A stretch of DNA of 62,758 nt, filler included, from Octopus bimaculoides (Eukaryota), in assembly GCF_001194135.2 (NCBI RefSeq). It is 5 parts of 4 records of this genome, joined end to end, with 100 filler letters (N's around TTAATTAATTAA, not from the genome) between each part and the next. Parts side by side here need not be neighbours in the genome. Positions count along the whole stretch, not along the records: positions 42,466 to 52,378 come from NC_068982.1; positions 52,479 to 59,388 come from NC_068987.1; positions 59,489 to 62,758 come from NC_068987.1; 2 more parts are not named here. The stretch is one strand, 5' to 3'. How positions within the stretch are numbered: position 1 is the stretch's first letter; every line of letters begins with the position of its first letter. Shown piece after piece: positions 49,361 to 62,695 of this stretch. The notes beneath the pieces are model-generated. The model had not been told where the DNA came from and made no database searches. It worked only from the letters and a program-made list of their open reading frames with translations. Both the position numbers and the translations under genes were made by a program.

Positions 49361-50241
49361 AATTGACAAAATAGTCACTGCTGAAATGTCTTTGATCGTA
49401 GGTTTGTACGCACAGAGATAAACATGAACTAGAATTAAACACCAACTACGTTGTAGTGGTTTCTAATTATGGTACAAGGCCTGCAAATTTAAGAGAGGAG
49501 AAAGTCGATTACCTCGGCCTTATTGCTCAAGCGGTACTTATTTTATCAACGCTGAAAGAACGAAAGGCAAAGTCGACCTCGAATGAATTTGAACTCAGAA
49601 CGTAGCGACAGACGAAATGCCGCTATACATTTCGTTCTGCCAACTCACCGCTTTACCGCCATACAGAAATAATAAATGAATTCTTTCCAACATTTAATGA
49701 AAAAGTTTTGGAATTTTAATCATTAACATTGATTGTCTCTTCATTGTAACCATTTTAATTAAGAACACCTCTGAATCATTTAATAGCTATTACTACTGTT
49801 GTTTTAATTGTGGTGGTAATGGTTGTAGTAGTACTGGTGTTCTTGTTTAGTCAGATTCCATTTGTGACCATGAAGGCTTGCTATATATCTCTATATATCT
49901 GACACTATATTGTTTCATGTATCTTTTTTGAAGTTAGGGTGAAACTTGAGGGAATTTAGATGCTATGTTTAACAGGTCAAGCGCAGAGACGTCTTAAGGT
50001 ATGATCACACCTGGTGATTATCCGAGGATCTCACAGGACTAGGGATTTCAGTGCTTATCTTTGTTACCGTTACGTACATACAGGCCCCGGTACATTGCTC
50101 TATAAGGAGATCGACAATAGTGTTCAACGCTCCTGATCAAGCGACCGTGTAAAATTGCAAACTTGTCAATTTATAGTTGTTATTGTTGGTGTTGCTTAGC
50201 CTGAGGTACGCGCTGATTAACATAGTCCTATGATTAAAGAC

Positions 50242-50570
50242 GTGGAGGCGCAATAACCCAGTGGTTAGGGCAGCGGACTCGCGATCATAGGATCGCGGTT
50301 TCGATTCCCAGACCGGGCGTTGTGTGTGTTTATTGAGCGAAAACACCTAAAGCTCACGAGGCTCCGGCAGGGGATGGTGGCGAACCCTGCTGTACTCTTT
50401 CACCACAACTTTCTCTCACTTTTACTTCCTGTTTCTGTTGTGCCTGTAATTCAAAGGGTCAGCCTTGTCACACTGTGTCACGCTGAATATCCCCGAGAAC
50501 TACGCTAAGGGTACACGTGTCTGTGGAGTGCTCAGCCACTTGCACGTTAATTTCACAAGCAGGCTGTTCC
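50242..50570 (+). mobile_element. Family B SINE, 3' end in gap
   Basis: Same head and body as 48971-49360, in the opposite orientation. Confidence 0.9.
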
Positions 50571-51200
50571 NNNNNNNNNNNNNNNNNNNNNNNNNNNNNN
50601 NNNNNNNNNNNNNNNNNNNNNNNNNNNNNNNNNNNNNNNNNNNNNNNNNNNNNNNNNNNNNNNNNNNNNNNNNNNNNNNNNNNNNNNNNNNNNNNNNNNN
50701 NNNNNNNNNNNNNNNNNNNNNNNNNNNNNNNNNNNNNNNNNNNNNNNNNNNNNNNNNNNNNNNNNNNNNNNNNNNNNNNNNNNNNNNNNNNNNNNNNNNN
50801 NNNNNNNNNNNNNNNNNNNNNNNNNNNNNNNNNNNNNNNNNNNNNNNNNNNNNNNNNNNNNNNNNNNNNNNNNNNNNNNNNNNNNNNNNNNNNNNNNNNN
50901 NNNNNNNNNNNNNNNNNNNNNNNNNNNNNNNNNNNNNNNNNNNNNNNNNNNNNNNNNNNNNNNNNNNNNNNNNNNNNNNNNNNNNNNNNNNNNNNNNNNN
51001 NNNNNNNNNNNNNNNNNNNNNNNNNNNNNNNNNNNNNNNNNNNNNNNNNNNNNNNNNNNNNNNNNNNNNNNNNNNNNNNNNNNNNNNNNNNNNNNNNNNN
51101 NNNNNNNNNNNNNNNNNNNNNNNNNNNNNNNNNNNNNNNNNNNNNNNNNNNNNNNNNNNNNNNNNNNNNNNNNNNNNNNNNNNNNNNNNNNNNNNNNNNN

Positions 51201-51234
<34 letters not shown>

Positions 51235-52300
51235 TCTCTCTCTCTCTTACTCTCTCTCTCTCTCAACTGTTTCTCTCTAAATCTATGTTGCATGGAACAA
51301 TAAAGGATGGTTCACATTACAGCCCCGTTAATCCTTAACCATTACACTGACGACACGCTAAGAGAAAGAGAGAGAGAGATAGAGAGAGAGATGCCTATTT
51401 ACACTCACATCCCATATGTCTGGCTTGAACATGTCTTTCCCAACAGAATATACATCTGACACACGCCGTAAAAATTGACAGCGAACCAACGATTTTTACA
51501 GTTGCTTAGTTACGGAAAATTAATCACATAAATAAAGAGATTAGTATTTGAAGTTAACAGGAGAGACTTATACTTATTGGTCCATGTATAAAATAATAAA
51601 AAAAGAGAAATCGAATCCCTTGTGTTCAGATCTAATACCAACCATATTCCAGTGTGGGTTTAATTATAAAATACACATGAATTAATAAAAATGACTTTAA
51701 TATTCAAGAATGAATTGTTCACATTCCAGGACACATATGAATCCATATATGGCATTAATGAGTCAGACGAAATACGAGGGATCCTTTGAAATTATTAACA
51801 GTGGATTAACCTTGTTGTTGGTATTATTTCTAACGATGTATGGCATCGTCGATATTATTTTAGTAATGCTGTTGTTGTTGGTGGTGTTGTAGTTGGTATT
51901 GTTGCAATGGAGGAATCATCTTGTTAGCGGAATCATCTGGCTAGGTATTAGAGAAAAAGGAAAATTCCATCAAAAGAGATATGCGTAAGTTAGCGGATTG
52001 AAGAAAAAGAAGAATGATTAAAGAAAGGCGATAATTACAATAGCTATGTAATGACACAGAGCAGAAATATTTGAAAGAAGATTAGTGTGGAGCAGCCGGC
52101 ATTGAGGATTCTATTTCCAGAATCCTTTCGACAACAATTAAATAGCGATTGTATTGCAGAAATATTCCATCTATAAATACATAAATTATTTGCGTTTGCT
52201 TATTACATTCTATGTATGCAGACATTATATAAAATTATATATAAAACTATGTGTGTGTGTGTGTGTGTGTGCGTGTGTGTGTGTGTGAGTGCGTATGTGT

Positions 52301-52378
<78 letters not shown>

Positions 52379-52478
52379 NNNNNNNNNNNNNNNNNNNNNN
52401 NNNNNNNNNNNNNNNNNNNNNNTTAATTAATTAANNNNNNNNNNNNNNNNNNNNNNNNNNNNNNNNNNNNNNNNNNNN

Positions 52479-52774
52479 AAACAGGGCAGGGCCTGTTGAG
52501 GAAAAGAAATTGTGTCGCAGTGTACCTATATGTTGTGATCCTGAATTGGGCAGGGGACGTATGACCCGTGGTCCCAGCCTTGGATGAACCTGGAAACTAA
52601 TGTTCAGGTCGTTTGGGCAATTCTGGCGGCATATTTTCCACATCGTACAAATGATGTACCGCTCACGGCGGCGCTGGAGAGAGTAGAGCTTCAAGGCTTT
52701 AAGGCGGTTCCAGTAATTGAGGTCAGTCATGCCTTCAATTCGTTTAGGGTGTGCCCTCTGGGGTGATTCAATTT
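52479..52774 (-). mobile_element. CR1-clade LINE C-terminal fragment between gaps
   Basis: IESPQRAHPKRIEGMTDLNYWNRLKALKLYSLQRRRERYII matches the CR1 LxYxERLxxLxLxSLxRRR motif. Confidence 0.8.
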
Positions 52775-53129
52775 NNNNNNNNNNNNNNNNNNNNNNNNNN
52801 NNNNNNNNNNNNNNNNNNNNNNNNNNNNNNNNNNNNNNNNNNNNNNNNNNNNNNNNNNNNNNNNNNNNNNNNNNNNNNNNNNNNNNNNNNNNNNNNNNNN
52901 NNNNNNNNNNNNNNNNNNNNNNNNNNNNNNNNNNNNNNNNNNNNNNNNNNNNNNNNNNNNNNNNNNNNNNNNNNNNNNNNNNNNNNNNNNNNNNNNNNNN
53001 NNNNNNNNNNNNNNNNNNNNNNNNNNNNNNNNNNNNNNNNNNNNNNNNNNNNNNNNNNNNNNNNNNNNNNNNNNNNNNNNNNNNNNNNNNNNTATATATA
53101 TATATATATATATGATGTATACATATATA

Positions 53130-54800
53130 TATATGAGAATGTTATTTCACAATGACTTCGTGTACGCACCACTTGAAGAGAGTGGGTGAGCTGACAGATC
53201 CTTGTCGTACACGAATCGGTAAATTGATAAGCTTTAAGAGTCCAGTTTTTGTACAATAAATAGGATTGGTGATCTGACAGGTGATTATCCGTAAGCAAAC
53301 CGTTTTTTTTCTCCCTTTAGGTGTTGATTTTTGTATGACAGCAGATAATGGTGTCTAAAGCGCTAGAAATGTTAACGGAAGTTAGGACCATACATGTGAG
53401 AGTTATTTTGTTGTTGAAACCATCATGTGTTATCTGTGTGAGGTTGATTTGTGCAATGGTCTTAAACAGTATTGATATGTGGATTAATGACGTTAAGGAT
53501 GAGCTTTTTTATAATGTGATGTTTTATATATGAGGGCGCTAGGTCTGTATTAGGCTACTTCACTTGTATTTTTGAAGTATTTAGAACTTTTGTCGTTTCC
53601 CTAGCTTCCGGAATTTGACAATGTTAGTAGGTGTTTTAGTATTTTGCTTTTGATTTTGTCACATGTTAAGACATTTGTTTCTTTTTATAGTAGTTAAATC
53701 CTTTTTTAAGTGTTCCTTCCTCAATGGATTTTAGCGGTTGACTCCCTAAAAACATTGGTTCTAAATTTCGGCACAAGGCTAGCAATTTCGGCAGAGGGAC
53801 TAAGTCGATTACATCGACCCTGGTGCTCAAAGAGTACTTCTGTCAATTCTGAAAGCTGAAAGGCAAAGCCGACCCTAGTTGCATTTGAATTCAGAACGTA
53901 AAGATGGACGAAATTGCTAACCACTTTGTCGAGTGTGTTAACAATTCTGCCAGCTAGCCATGTTATTCACAAGAAATATTATAAGGGTGTTTCTTGGTAT
54001 TGCTGTGTGGTTTATAGTATTTCAGATTGTTATTGTGACTTGTGGCCACCGATGCTGTTATCAATGTCGCTAGTTACACTATAAAGTGTGTCAATATTTT
54101 GCGTTGTATGTCGGATACAAATGCTTGGAAATTTTGTTTGTTTGTTTGTTTTCCAGTGTTTTGATTTCGCTGAGTTTCCTTCAGCTGTTTGAAACTGAGT
54201 TTTATTTTTCTTGTATGCAGCGTTGTTGCATTGCATTTGAAGTTGTCAGAGATTATTACAATGGCTATTTCAGTGTAATTGCGACAGTATTTTTTCATGT
54301 TGAATTATGGGTCATGTTTTTGGAAGTCTCTATTATAATTTTCTTGAAAGTATGTATTGCAAAGTCTATATTGGTAACATTGTTGTGCTATTCTGAGAAA
54401 CTTCAAAAGAAAAAAATGACCCTTTGAAGCAGTTTCAGTGAACTTTTTTCACGTTTATAAAAAGTATTGGGTAGATGGTCAGAGGTTAGTTGAAGGAATT
54501 TTTGCAATATGGTTATGAAGAGTTGTAGTTGGTCTAGTAAGTGATATATGTGTATGCGTGTGAGTGATGTCGGTGGTTCAGGATGTGAAGGAAATGTAAT
54601 AACAACATCATTAAGTAACCTCGTGTGTTGTCTGTATTTTTTGAAAACCAGTATGTATTGCAAGTTGTTATAATGGTAGGGTCGAAAAAATTAGTAGGTA
54701 TGTGGTAAATAATGTTCGAGTGGGAATAATGATAATGTGACCATCGTTAACAGTAGTGGAGTGGATGTTTTAAATGTTGACTGTATTTTTGGTCGTGGTG
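53130..54800 (-). mobile_element. Possible highly degenerate Penelope-like element, interrupted by a SINE
   Basis: Only loose resemblance of broken minus-strand peptides to PLE proteins; no intact motif. Confidence 0.3.
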
Positions 54801-54959
54801 CCGTTGCAGTAGCTGATGTGATTGTTGTCTTGGTAGTCGTGTTAATTTTAGTAGCAATTAGAAAAGTTGAAAAAATAGCAGAGGTTGTAGTCATCGGCGG
54901 ATTAGGAAAGCAACTGTAGCATTAGCATTAGCAGCAGCAGCAACAGCAGCTGTACTAGC

Positions 54960-55031
<72 letters not shown>

Positions 55032-55439
55032 TAGTTTTATTTTTATAACGTGCTTTCACTTCACTACCGAGCGCAGCTCTGTGTGCCTTGGGTATGTGCT
55101 GTGGTTTGCTGTGGTGTTCTTATGTTTACTGTATTGAAAGTGTTTTGCGTAGAATGTGTGCAGTACCCAGTAGTGCAATTTTCTGTATGTTATATATATT
55201 TGTAAGTCCTGGTGTTTTTGTTATGTATTTGTCTGAGTATTTTTTTTATCATACTTGAGGCACCTACTATGATAGGAATTGTTTCTGTTTTTAGATTCCA
55301 CAATCGAGTTACCTCTATTTCCAGGTCTTTGTATTTTGAAAGTTTCTCCATTTCTTTTAGGGAAACGTTGTCATCTGCTGGTATTGATACAACAATTAGA
55401 AAACATTTTTTCCTTCATGATCTTTGACAACTATATCTG

Positions 55440-55497
<58 letters not shown>

Positions 55498-55509
55498 GCA
55501 TCATCATCA

Positions 55510-55597
<88 letters not shown>

Positions 55598-55598
<1 letters not shown>

Positions 55599-56863
55599 TA
55601 TTGTCTTTGCACAGCTTCTAACGCTGGAGATGTACTACGGTGTCAGCTGTTCACTACCAGTGAACGAAGGTAACACTCCTTATTTTTCGAGCACCTTCGG
55701 AGTATTCGAGCAGCAGTTCCAAGCAGTGCTGTTTTTTGCAAGTGATCCACCCTTATTGAAACCCCTGTTTGTTTCATATACTTCTAAAGATTTTTACTCA
55801 CTGTTCCCAGGGCTCCGACAATTATTGGTACTACTACCACCTTTTTCAGCGACCACAACTGCTTAACCTCCCAAGCTAACCTGTCATAGCTATCGACTTT
55901 TCTTTCTTCCTTATCGCATAGCTTGTTGTCAGCTAGGTATCTTATATCTATGATCCAGAATAGTTTGTTTTCTTTCGCAATTAATACTATGTCTGGCTTC
56001 CTGTTCTCTATCTCATGGTCGCACAGAATCACAAAATCCCCAAAGATCGTTGCATTATCATTTTCGATGACACCTTCGGGTTTATGTTCGTACCACTTTT
56101 TTTGCTCTGTCAAATCCATACTTGTTGCAGTGTCCAATGGACAAACCTTGCTATATTGTCATGACGTCTCATACTCTTTCTGGGCTAGTAGGAGTACATT
56201 GACTGGTAATATGCCATACGGTTTCACCATTTTGTCCACAAATTCTGCACTTATCACTTTCTGATATGTTGTCTATTCTGTATTTGATGTAATTCGTTCT
56301 TAGTGCTTGCTCTTGGGCAGCGCAGATTAGAGCCTCCGTTTTCGGTTTTAAATCACTTTTAGTCATCCATAGCCATCTTTTTTTCTTACTGTCTTTTCTT
56401 CAACATCCCTATGAAATTGTCCATGGGGATATTGGATATGGCTAAATTGATGGAGAAAGAAATGACAGAGTACTTGCGCAGACTGAGATTGATTCTTAAG
56501 ACGGAATAAGATTGAAGCTATCAACACCTGGGCGTTTTCACTCCTTAGATACGAGCAGGGGTAAACGCATGGATAGTAGACGAACTAAACAGCTTAGGCA
56601 GAAAGACAAGGAAGTGACACAGACAGACTGTATGTACCAAGAAAAGCTGGAGGAAGAGGACTGATTGGATGCGAACACAGCATTGGAGAAAAAGCAAACA
56701 ACATAGCATAGCATGTAAAAAATGTCACAGAACCACTATTATTGGAAGTAAGAAGGTCAGGCTTGAGTAGGATGGAAGATTGCAAAGATAAAGCACTGTA
56801 CAAGCACTTGAGAATGAATGAAACTGAAAATAGGTGGATAAAGTAAAGAATGCATGGACAATT
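55598..56863 (-). mobile_element. R4/Dong-clade (RLE) LINE 3' part with a 5' inversion, in a (TAA)n tract
   Basis: 55598-56425 (-): EALICAAQEQAL, CRICGQNGETVWHITSQC, KPDIV..IIDI and IVGALG. 56426-56863 (+): GILDMAKL..EYLRRLRLIL..NKIEAINTWA..LYVPRKAGGRGL..MHGQ. Flanked by (TTA)n and (ATC)(ATT)n. Confidence 0.9.
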
Positions 56864-57713
56864 ATCATCATCATTATTATTATTATTATTATTATTATTA
56901 CTTTCATCATTAAAAGAAACATCATCACCCTTCTTTTTCTTGGTAATGATTGTAGAATTTTCAGTGGAACATCAGCACCAGCAGAAGCAGTAACGGTAGT
57001 TATGTAGTAAAGTAATAGCAGTAGTAGTAATAGCACTTGTGAGCAGATGTAGAAGTAGTAGCAGTAGTAGTGTACTAACTATAGTACGAGTAGTAGCTTC
57101 CGTAAGAGTAGCAGTGTTAGGAAGACTAGTATCAATATCATTATTGATCTTCGTCTTGTTCTTCATGTCGTTGACTCAGAATGTCACTGCACCGATAATA
57201 GAATGAAGAAAGAAAGAAAGGAAGGAAGGAAGCCATAGACATAAACTAAGAGCTATAAATAAATATAGAAATAAATAAAAGAAATTGTAAAGTATGCGAG
57301 AAAAAGGAACATATGAAGTAAATAAATGAAAAAAAAATAGACAATAGTAAAAAAGAATAAAAACAATAAGAACAACAACAACAAAAAAAAAAACGTAATT
57401 TAAATTGAAAAGTTCACTATTTGGCTTGACGTCACAATTTCGTTAGCGTTAAAAAGTTATGCAAGCTACTTCCGTCAACCATTTTATATACCGGAAGCTC
57501 ATCACTCAATCTAAAGCTGCCTGCATCATTCAATATACTTTATAACTTATAAACCTCTTAACATACGACTTCAGGAGTTCTTTTTCCTAATATTATTCCT
57601 TTTATGTTTTTTTGTCTTGTCTGTTTCTAAACCATTGCTTTCATTCCATTAAAAAATTTTCTTCCCCCAGTTTGTTTCGACAAAACGTATTTGTGTTGCT
57701 ATAATTTTCTTTC

Positions 57714-57793
<80 letters not shown>

Positions 57794-58789
57794 CATTTCC
57801 CCTTCGGGAATATTAAATTTTACGACTGTATAAGAAATTATTACGAAGTTTCTTTTTCATAGTCTATCATCGATTTTTTATTGATTTTGCATTGAGGCTG
57901 GAATATACACTGACCGAACAACGTGATTGGCTATTTACTATCATTGCATTATATAAAAATCACAGAAGCCGCGCCCATCACAATCGATTTCTGTATCTTT
58001 GAACATTTTGGCGATCTTCCGGGAATGTTTCAATGTAACTACATTTTTTTGTCCGGTGTAAAATTTACCTCAATAATCTAAAATTGGTTTACAATATTGG
58101 CACAATGCCACAGATTAAGAGGGAAGGGTAAATTCGTTGAAATATATCCTAGTATTTGACTCTTAATTTTAACGATGTGGTAAGGATGAAAAAGTAAAGT
58201 TGACCAGGGTGAGATTTGAATTCATGTCTAACAAAAATACCACAAGGCAGTTTGTCTGACGCTTTACAGATAAAAATATTCTTTCAAATTCTGGTACTCA
58301 GCTGGTTCTACACTTTATCGATTCCGAAAAGATGAATGGTAAAGCCGACCTCGGCGGAATTTGAACTGAGAACGTAAAGAACCAAAAGAAACGTCTCTAA
58401 GCATTTTGCCTGGCGAGGGAATGATTCAGCCAGCTTGTGAGTGGCTCTTCATTTTTCAACACTTTTCCTTTCAGAATTTCCTGTTTGGAAAGATTTCTAC
58501 TGCATTCTTAACACATTTCGTCCGTCTTTACGTTCTGAGTTCAAAATACCACAGAGTTCGATTTCGCCTTTCATACTTTCTTGGTCGATAAAATAATTAC
58601 CAGTTGAACACTGGGGTTGATGTAAGCAACTTACTCCAGTCTCTAAAATTGCTGGCCTGGTGCCAAAATTTGAAGTTATTATTTATATAGCTGTACAGTT
58701 CTCTCCCTTTTTCTCAAAATTTTCTTCCACCTCTTCTTTCTATTTCCCAGTGTTTCTTCCCGATATCATCATTCATTTCTTTTCCTTTT

Positions 58790-58877
<88 letters not shown>

Positions 58878-59488
58878 TAATTCACTGACTGACTGACTGA
58901 TTGACTCACTCACTCACTGACTCACTCACTGACTCATTCACTGACTCATTCACTCACTCACTCACTCACTCACCCACTCACTCACTCACTCACTCACTCA
59001 CTCACTCACTCACTCACTCACTCACCCACTCACTGCAGAAATGGGACTTATGGTCCTCCGCTTTGCTGCAACAGTAACTCCGTGTCCAGTCAGAGCTTTT
59101 CAGAATGAACGTGCCGGAAACTCCGGCTGTACCGGCTCTTGGTATTTGGCAAATTTCTTCTCATCAACTCCTTTCATGTGTTCCTCCTAGGGCACTTGTA
59201 CATGAATCTATATGAATAAATAAATGAGATATGGGTTATTTAATACATGTTTTAAAACGCTGGTTTCCTAATTCGCGACTCGAGTTTCACGGCAAAACAA
59301 TCGATTTGGGCTGAAATTTGCAAGAAAGGAACTGGGTTTAAATAAACGTCACGCATGCACGCACGCGCGCACACACACACACACACACNNNNNNNNNNNN
59401 NNNNNNNNNNNNNNNNNNNNNNNNNNNNNNNNTTAATTAATTAANNNNNNNNNNNNNNNNNNNNNNNNNNNNNNNNNNNNNNNNNNNN

Positions 59489-59531
<43 letters not shown>

Positions 59532-60241
59532 AATGAGAGAACAGAAAATGGAATTCACGATATTCTTTATTATTCACAACGATCGTTTCGACCTATCTGG
59601 CTTCAGTCCCTCGCTGGTGAAATACTGTGCATCCTTCGGCGCAGATGTGTCCCGTCAGGTAACGTTTCAAAAGGTACTTCGCTCAATAAACTCGGCGACT
59701 GTAGGCAACCAGCTGCAGGCAAATGATGATTGCATTATAATGGAACCAAGCAAAACCGAGTTTCACACAGCGTAGACACGGCTGTGTCGTTAAGAAGTTC
59801 GCATTACAACTTCGTGTTTCTGGATTCATCCACAGCACGCGGTACCTTGGTCAAGTGCCTTCTACTTTAACCCCGGACTGATCAGTGCCTTATGCATGAA
59901 TTTGGGTGCAGAAACTGTGTGGAATCCCATCATATTTACATATGTGTGTTTTTAATACTTGTGTTTGTCTCGCTCCCGCGCCGCTTCACAACAGGTGTTG
60001 TTTTTTTCTTGCGTCATGTAAATTAGCAGCTCGGCAAAAGAGACCAATAAAATAAGTACCAGACTTTAAAATAAGTACTATGGTCAATTTGTTTGACTAA
60101 AGATTCCAGAGCGGTACTCCAGGATGGCCACAGTCCAATAATTGAAGCAAAATTACACAAGCTGGGAATCAAATTGGTATGATTTAGCGAATAGCAGAAA
60201 ACCACCCGGTAGACGATGTTTCTGCCAGTATCAGTGTATAT

Positions 60242-60642
60242 AAGAGAAAGATTAGGATATCAGCATAACATAAGTTTAATAACGATTACAATTGTTTAAA
60301 TAGCATTCCGTTTCACACTACATTACACGTAAATGATTATGGGTGATAAATTATACAAGTCTTGTATAAGTTATAGACGGTTGAAATCATGAGGAATGCA
60401 ATCCTCTTCAGACACCGATTAATCTAGTTATCATGCATGATATCCTGTATGATAAATACATTAGTAAGTGTTTGGTGCCGATGACATTTCTACGATTTCG
60501 AGCATCTATAACTTATACAGTTCTTGTGAAATTAATAACATAATTATCTACGTATAATGTGGTGCGAAACGGAATGCTATTAAGCCAATTGTAGCCGCTA
60601 TTAAACTTATGTTATACTTATTTATATCTTCATCTTTCTCTT
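60242..60642. mobile_element. ~400-bp foldback (long inverted repeat) element
   Basis: Arms at 60242-60388 and 60495-60642 are reverse complements (for example AATAGCATTCCGTTTC and ATAACATAAGTTTAATA), with weaker symmetry continuing to a centre near 60442. Confidence 0.8.
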
Positions 60643-60875
60643 GCATTTTTCTCTGTAAATATACTTAGCAATTTTTATTATCGGTGATATGTATCTTGAT
60701 TTCCTGTACCTATTGGCTTTAATTTTATGGAATCATCACATTAAAATTCAAACTTGAACGTGTAGGTAGCCGAGAATTCGTATTGTGTGCAGCATGCGGT
60801 ATACGCCAATATTTCACTAAATCCAAATTTACCGTTTATGCATCAATTTACCTCATGTATATAAAAGCCATTTAC

Positions 60876-60909
<34 letters not shown>

Positions 60910-60912
<3 letters not shown>

Positions 60913-61690
60913 GTAAAAATATGTGACACTTAATCAGTAGCCATGATAAAACTCCGAGTTTCGGATGCCAGGGTGGGAGCCCACGCCAACATCTCTTCAG
61001 TTATCTGGCCATTGAAAATTCCTGTGAAAAATGACCGTTAAAATCAAAGGGAAATTACTGTGTAGTGACAAGGTCAAAAAGCGTCTAAAACTGCGTATAT
61101 TATCGCATGCACGCATATATCCATATATGCACGCACATATCTCTATATACGCACGCATATATCTACATACGCACGCATCCACGCGCACACTCATAAGCAC
61201 GCACATATAAAGTTCCTTGTACGTGTCTATAGGCGTACAGGAAAAAACAGGGTGGAGGGGAGAAAACAGAAAAATATGTGGAAAAAATACAAAAACATTA
61301 ACCCTATAATTATGTAAAAACCATAAAAATAATTAGAAATATTAAAAAATATAAAAATATAAAATCCAAGTAAAAAAGGGGAAAAGCTTATACATAGACA
61401 CAATATAGAAACCTATCAGTACAGTCCCATCAGCAGGTCCTATCAGTAAAAATATTAAAAAATATTAAGAAATATATAAGTGTAAGTAATAATTATAGAG
61501 AGATAAAAAGCTTATAGATAGACACAAAAATAGAAAGCAAGTCCTATCAGTAAACTCAGGGGGACCAAAAATGTAGCAAGTATTTGGCCACATGTATATA
61601 TGATCCGAAAAGTTCAGTCTTTGAATTTAGACATGTGACGGGGTCTAAGCTGCCTTTCCAGATGAGCCATCTTTCCATATCATCTTTCCA
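60910..61690 (-). mobile_element. Penelope-like element 3' fragment (ORF end, T-rich UTR, microsatellite, hammerhead)
   Basis: LDPVTCLNSKTELFGSYIHVAKYLL resembles the PLE C-terminal LLNKRSELxSxCRHxxKFLL motif. It is followed on the same strand by a canonical hammerhead. Confidence 0.68.
60938..61011 (-). ncRNA. Type I hammerhead ribozyme, canonical core
   Basis: Minus strand: UGGCCA-GAUAA-CUGAAGA-GAUG..GUGG gcuc CCAC..CAUCC-GAAA-CUCGGAG-UU|UUAUC-A-UGGCUA. Stem I is 5+6 bp with one bulge, G10.1-C11.1 is present, and the cleavage triplet is GUU (cut between 60950 and 60949). Confidence 0.85.
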
Positions 61691-61699
61691 TATCAGCGG

Positions 61700-62694
61700 A
61701 AGGTGCGGTCTATGTGCACTGGAACAATTGGCTGAAAGGTGGAAACAAAAACCTCTGCATAGCAAATATGTGGCTCGTAGCAAATAAGTTGATGTAGACC
61801 AGAAGCACACCCATCAGTGGCTACGAAGCTCAGGGTTAAAGTCAGAGAGCGAAGGCTTTATCTTAACTGCTCAAGATCAGAGTTTATTGATCCCGGAACT
61901 ACCAAGCCAATGTGTTGAAAAATGGAATAGACTCAAAGTGCTGATAGTGCAACGATGAGATTGAAACAGTGGACACCTAATCTCTGGATGTAAGGTACAA
62001 ATCAACACATTTCAGAGTTGGCCAACCCTGGATAATATATCGGCATTATAAAATCATAACTACTGACAAATGGTACAAACACCACTCGGAGGCTGTAACT
62101 GAGGGAGAAAATGTACATACAGACCGGACCATCAAAGCTAATAAATCAGATATTGTTGTGAAAGGACAAAAGAATAGAATCTGTTTATTAATTGACATGA
62201 ACATACCTTGTGACCATAATATCTCGGCAAAAGAGTTTGATAAGCTCAGAAAATATAAAGATTTGCTAATTGAAATTGAAAAAAATGTAGCATCTCAAGA
62301 TGGTTACAATACCAGTGATTGTAGGAGCATTTGGAATGATCAAAGAAAGAACTGGAAATTATTTAAGGATAATCACTGACTTAACATCCACGCAGGAAGT
62401 GCAAAAGATTGTCTTCAATGGTACGTCACACGTATCAAGAAGAGCGTTGTTGCTGTGAATTTTCTTTTCTTTTCCCCTTTATTTTGTTTTCTTTTATTTT
62501 CAATTTTTCCTTTTTTTTCTTTTTTCCTTCCCTTTTCTCTCTGTCTTTCTTCCCCTTCTTTTTCTATCATATGACTTTGTAAATGAACATTCTAGTGTGT
62601 TTATTTTACTAACCTACCAATGTATACAGTGAGTTTCTTTGCTCTAAGTGTTGGGAAGACACGCGGCAAGAAATAGAAACAAAGTTGAAAGAAG

Positions 62695-62695
<1 letters not shown>
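61700..62695 (+). mobile_element. R4/Dong-clade LINE 3' fragment (degenerate) ending at (TAA)21
   Basis: WKQKPLHSKY..HQWLRSSGLKSESEGFILTAQDQSL..KC*..ETVD..ISGC..KANKSDIVVK..CLLIDMNIP..EFDKLRKYKDLLIEI. Smaller Dong-like remnants lie near 18250-18350, 19680-19800 and 26370-26540. Confidence 0.85.

Noticed and set aside
51408-51454. 47-nt exon-like segment on the minus strand (cag| ... |gtgagt) as a 5' exon of the CBM9-like gene; similar candidates near 48020-48150 and 59100-59170
   Set aside because: No family motif appears in any frame and no phase-linked neighbours were found, so it cannot be supported without transcripts.
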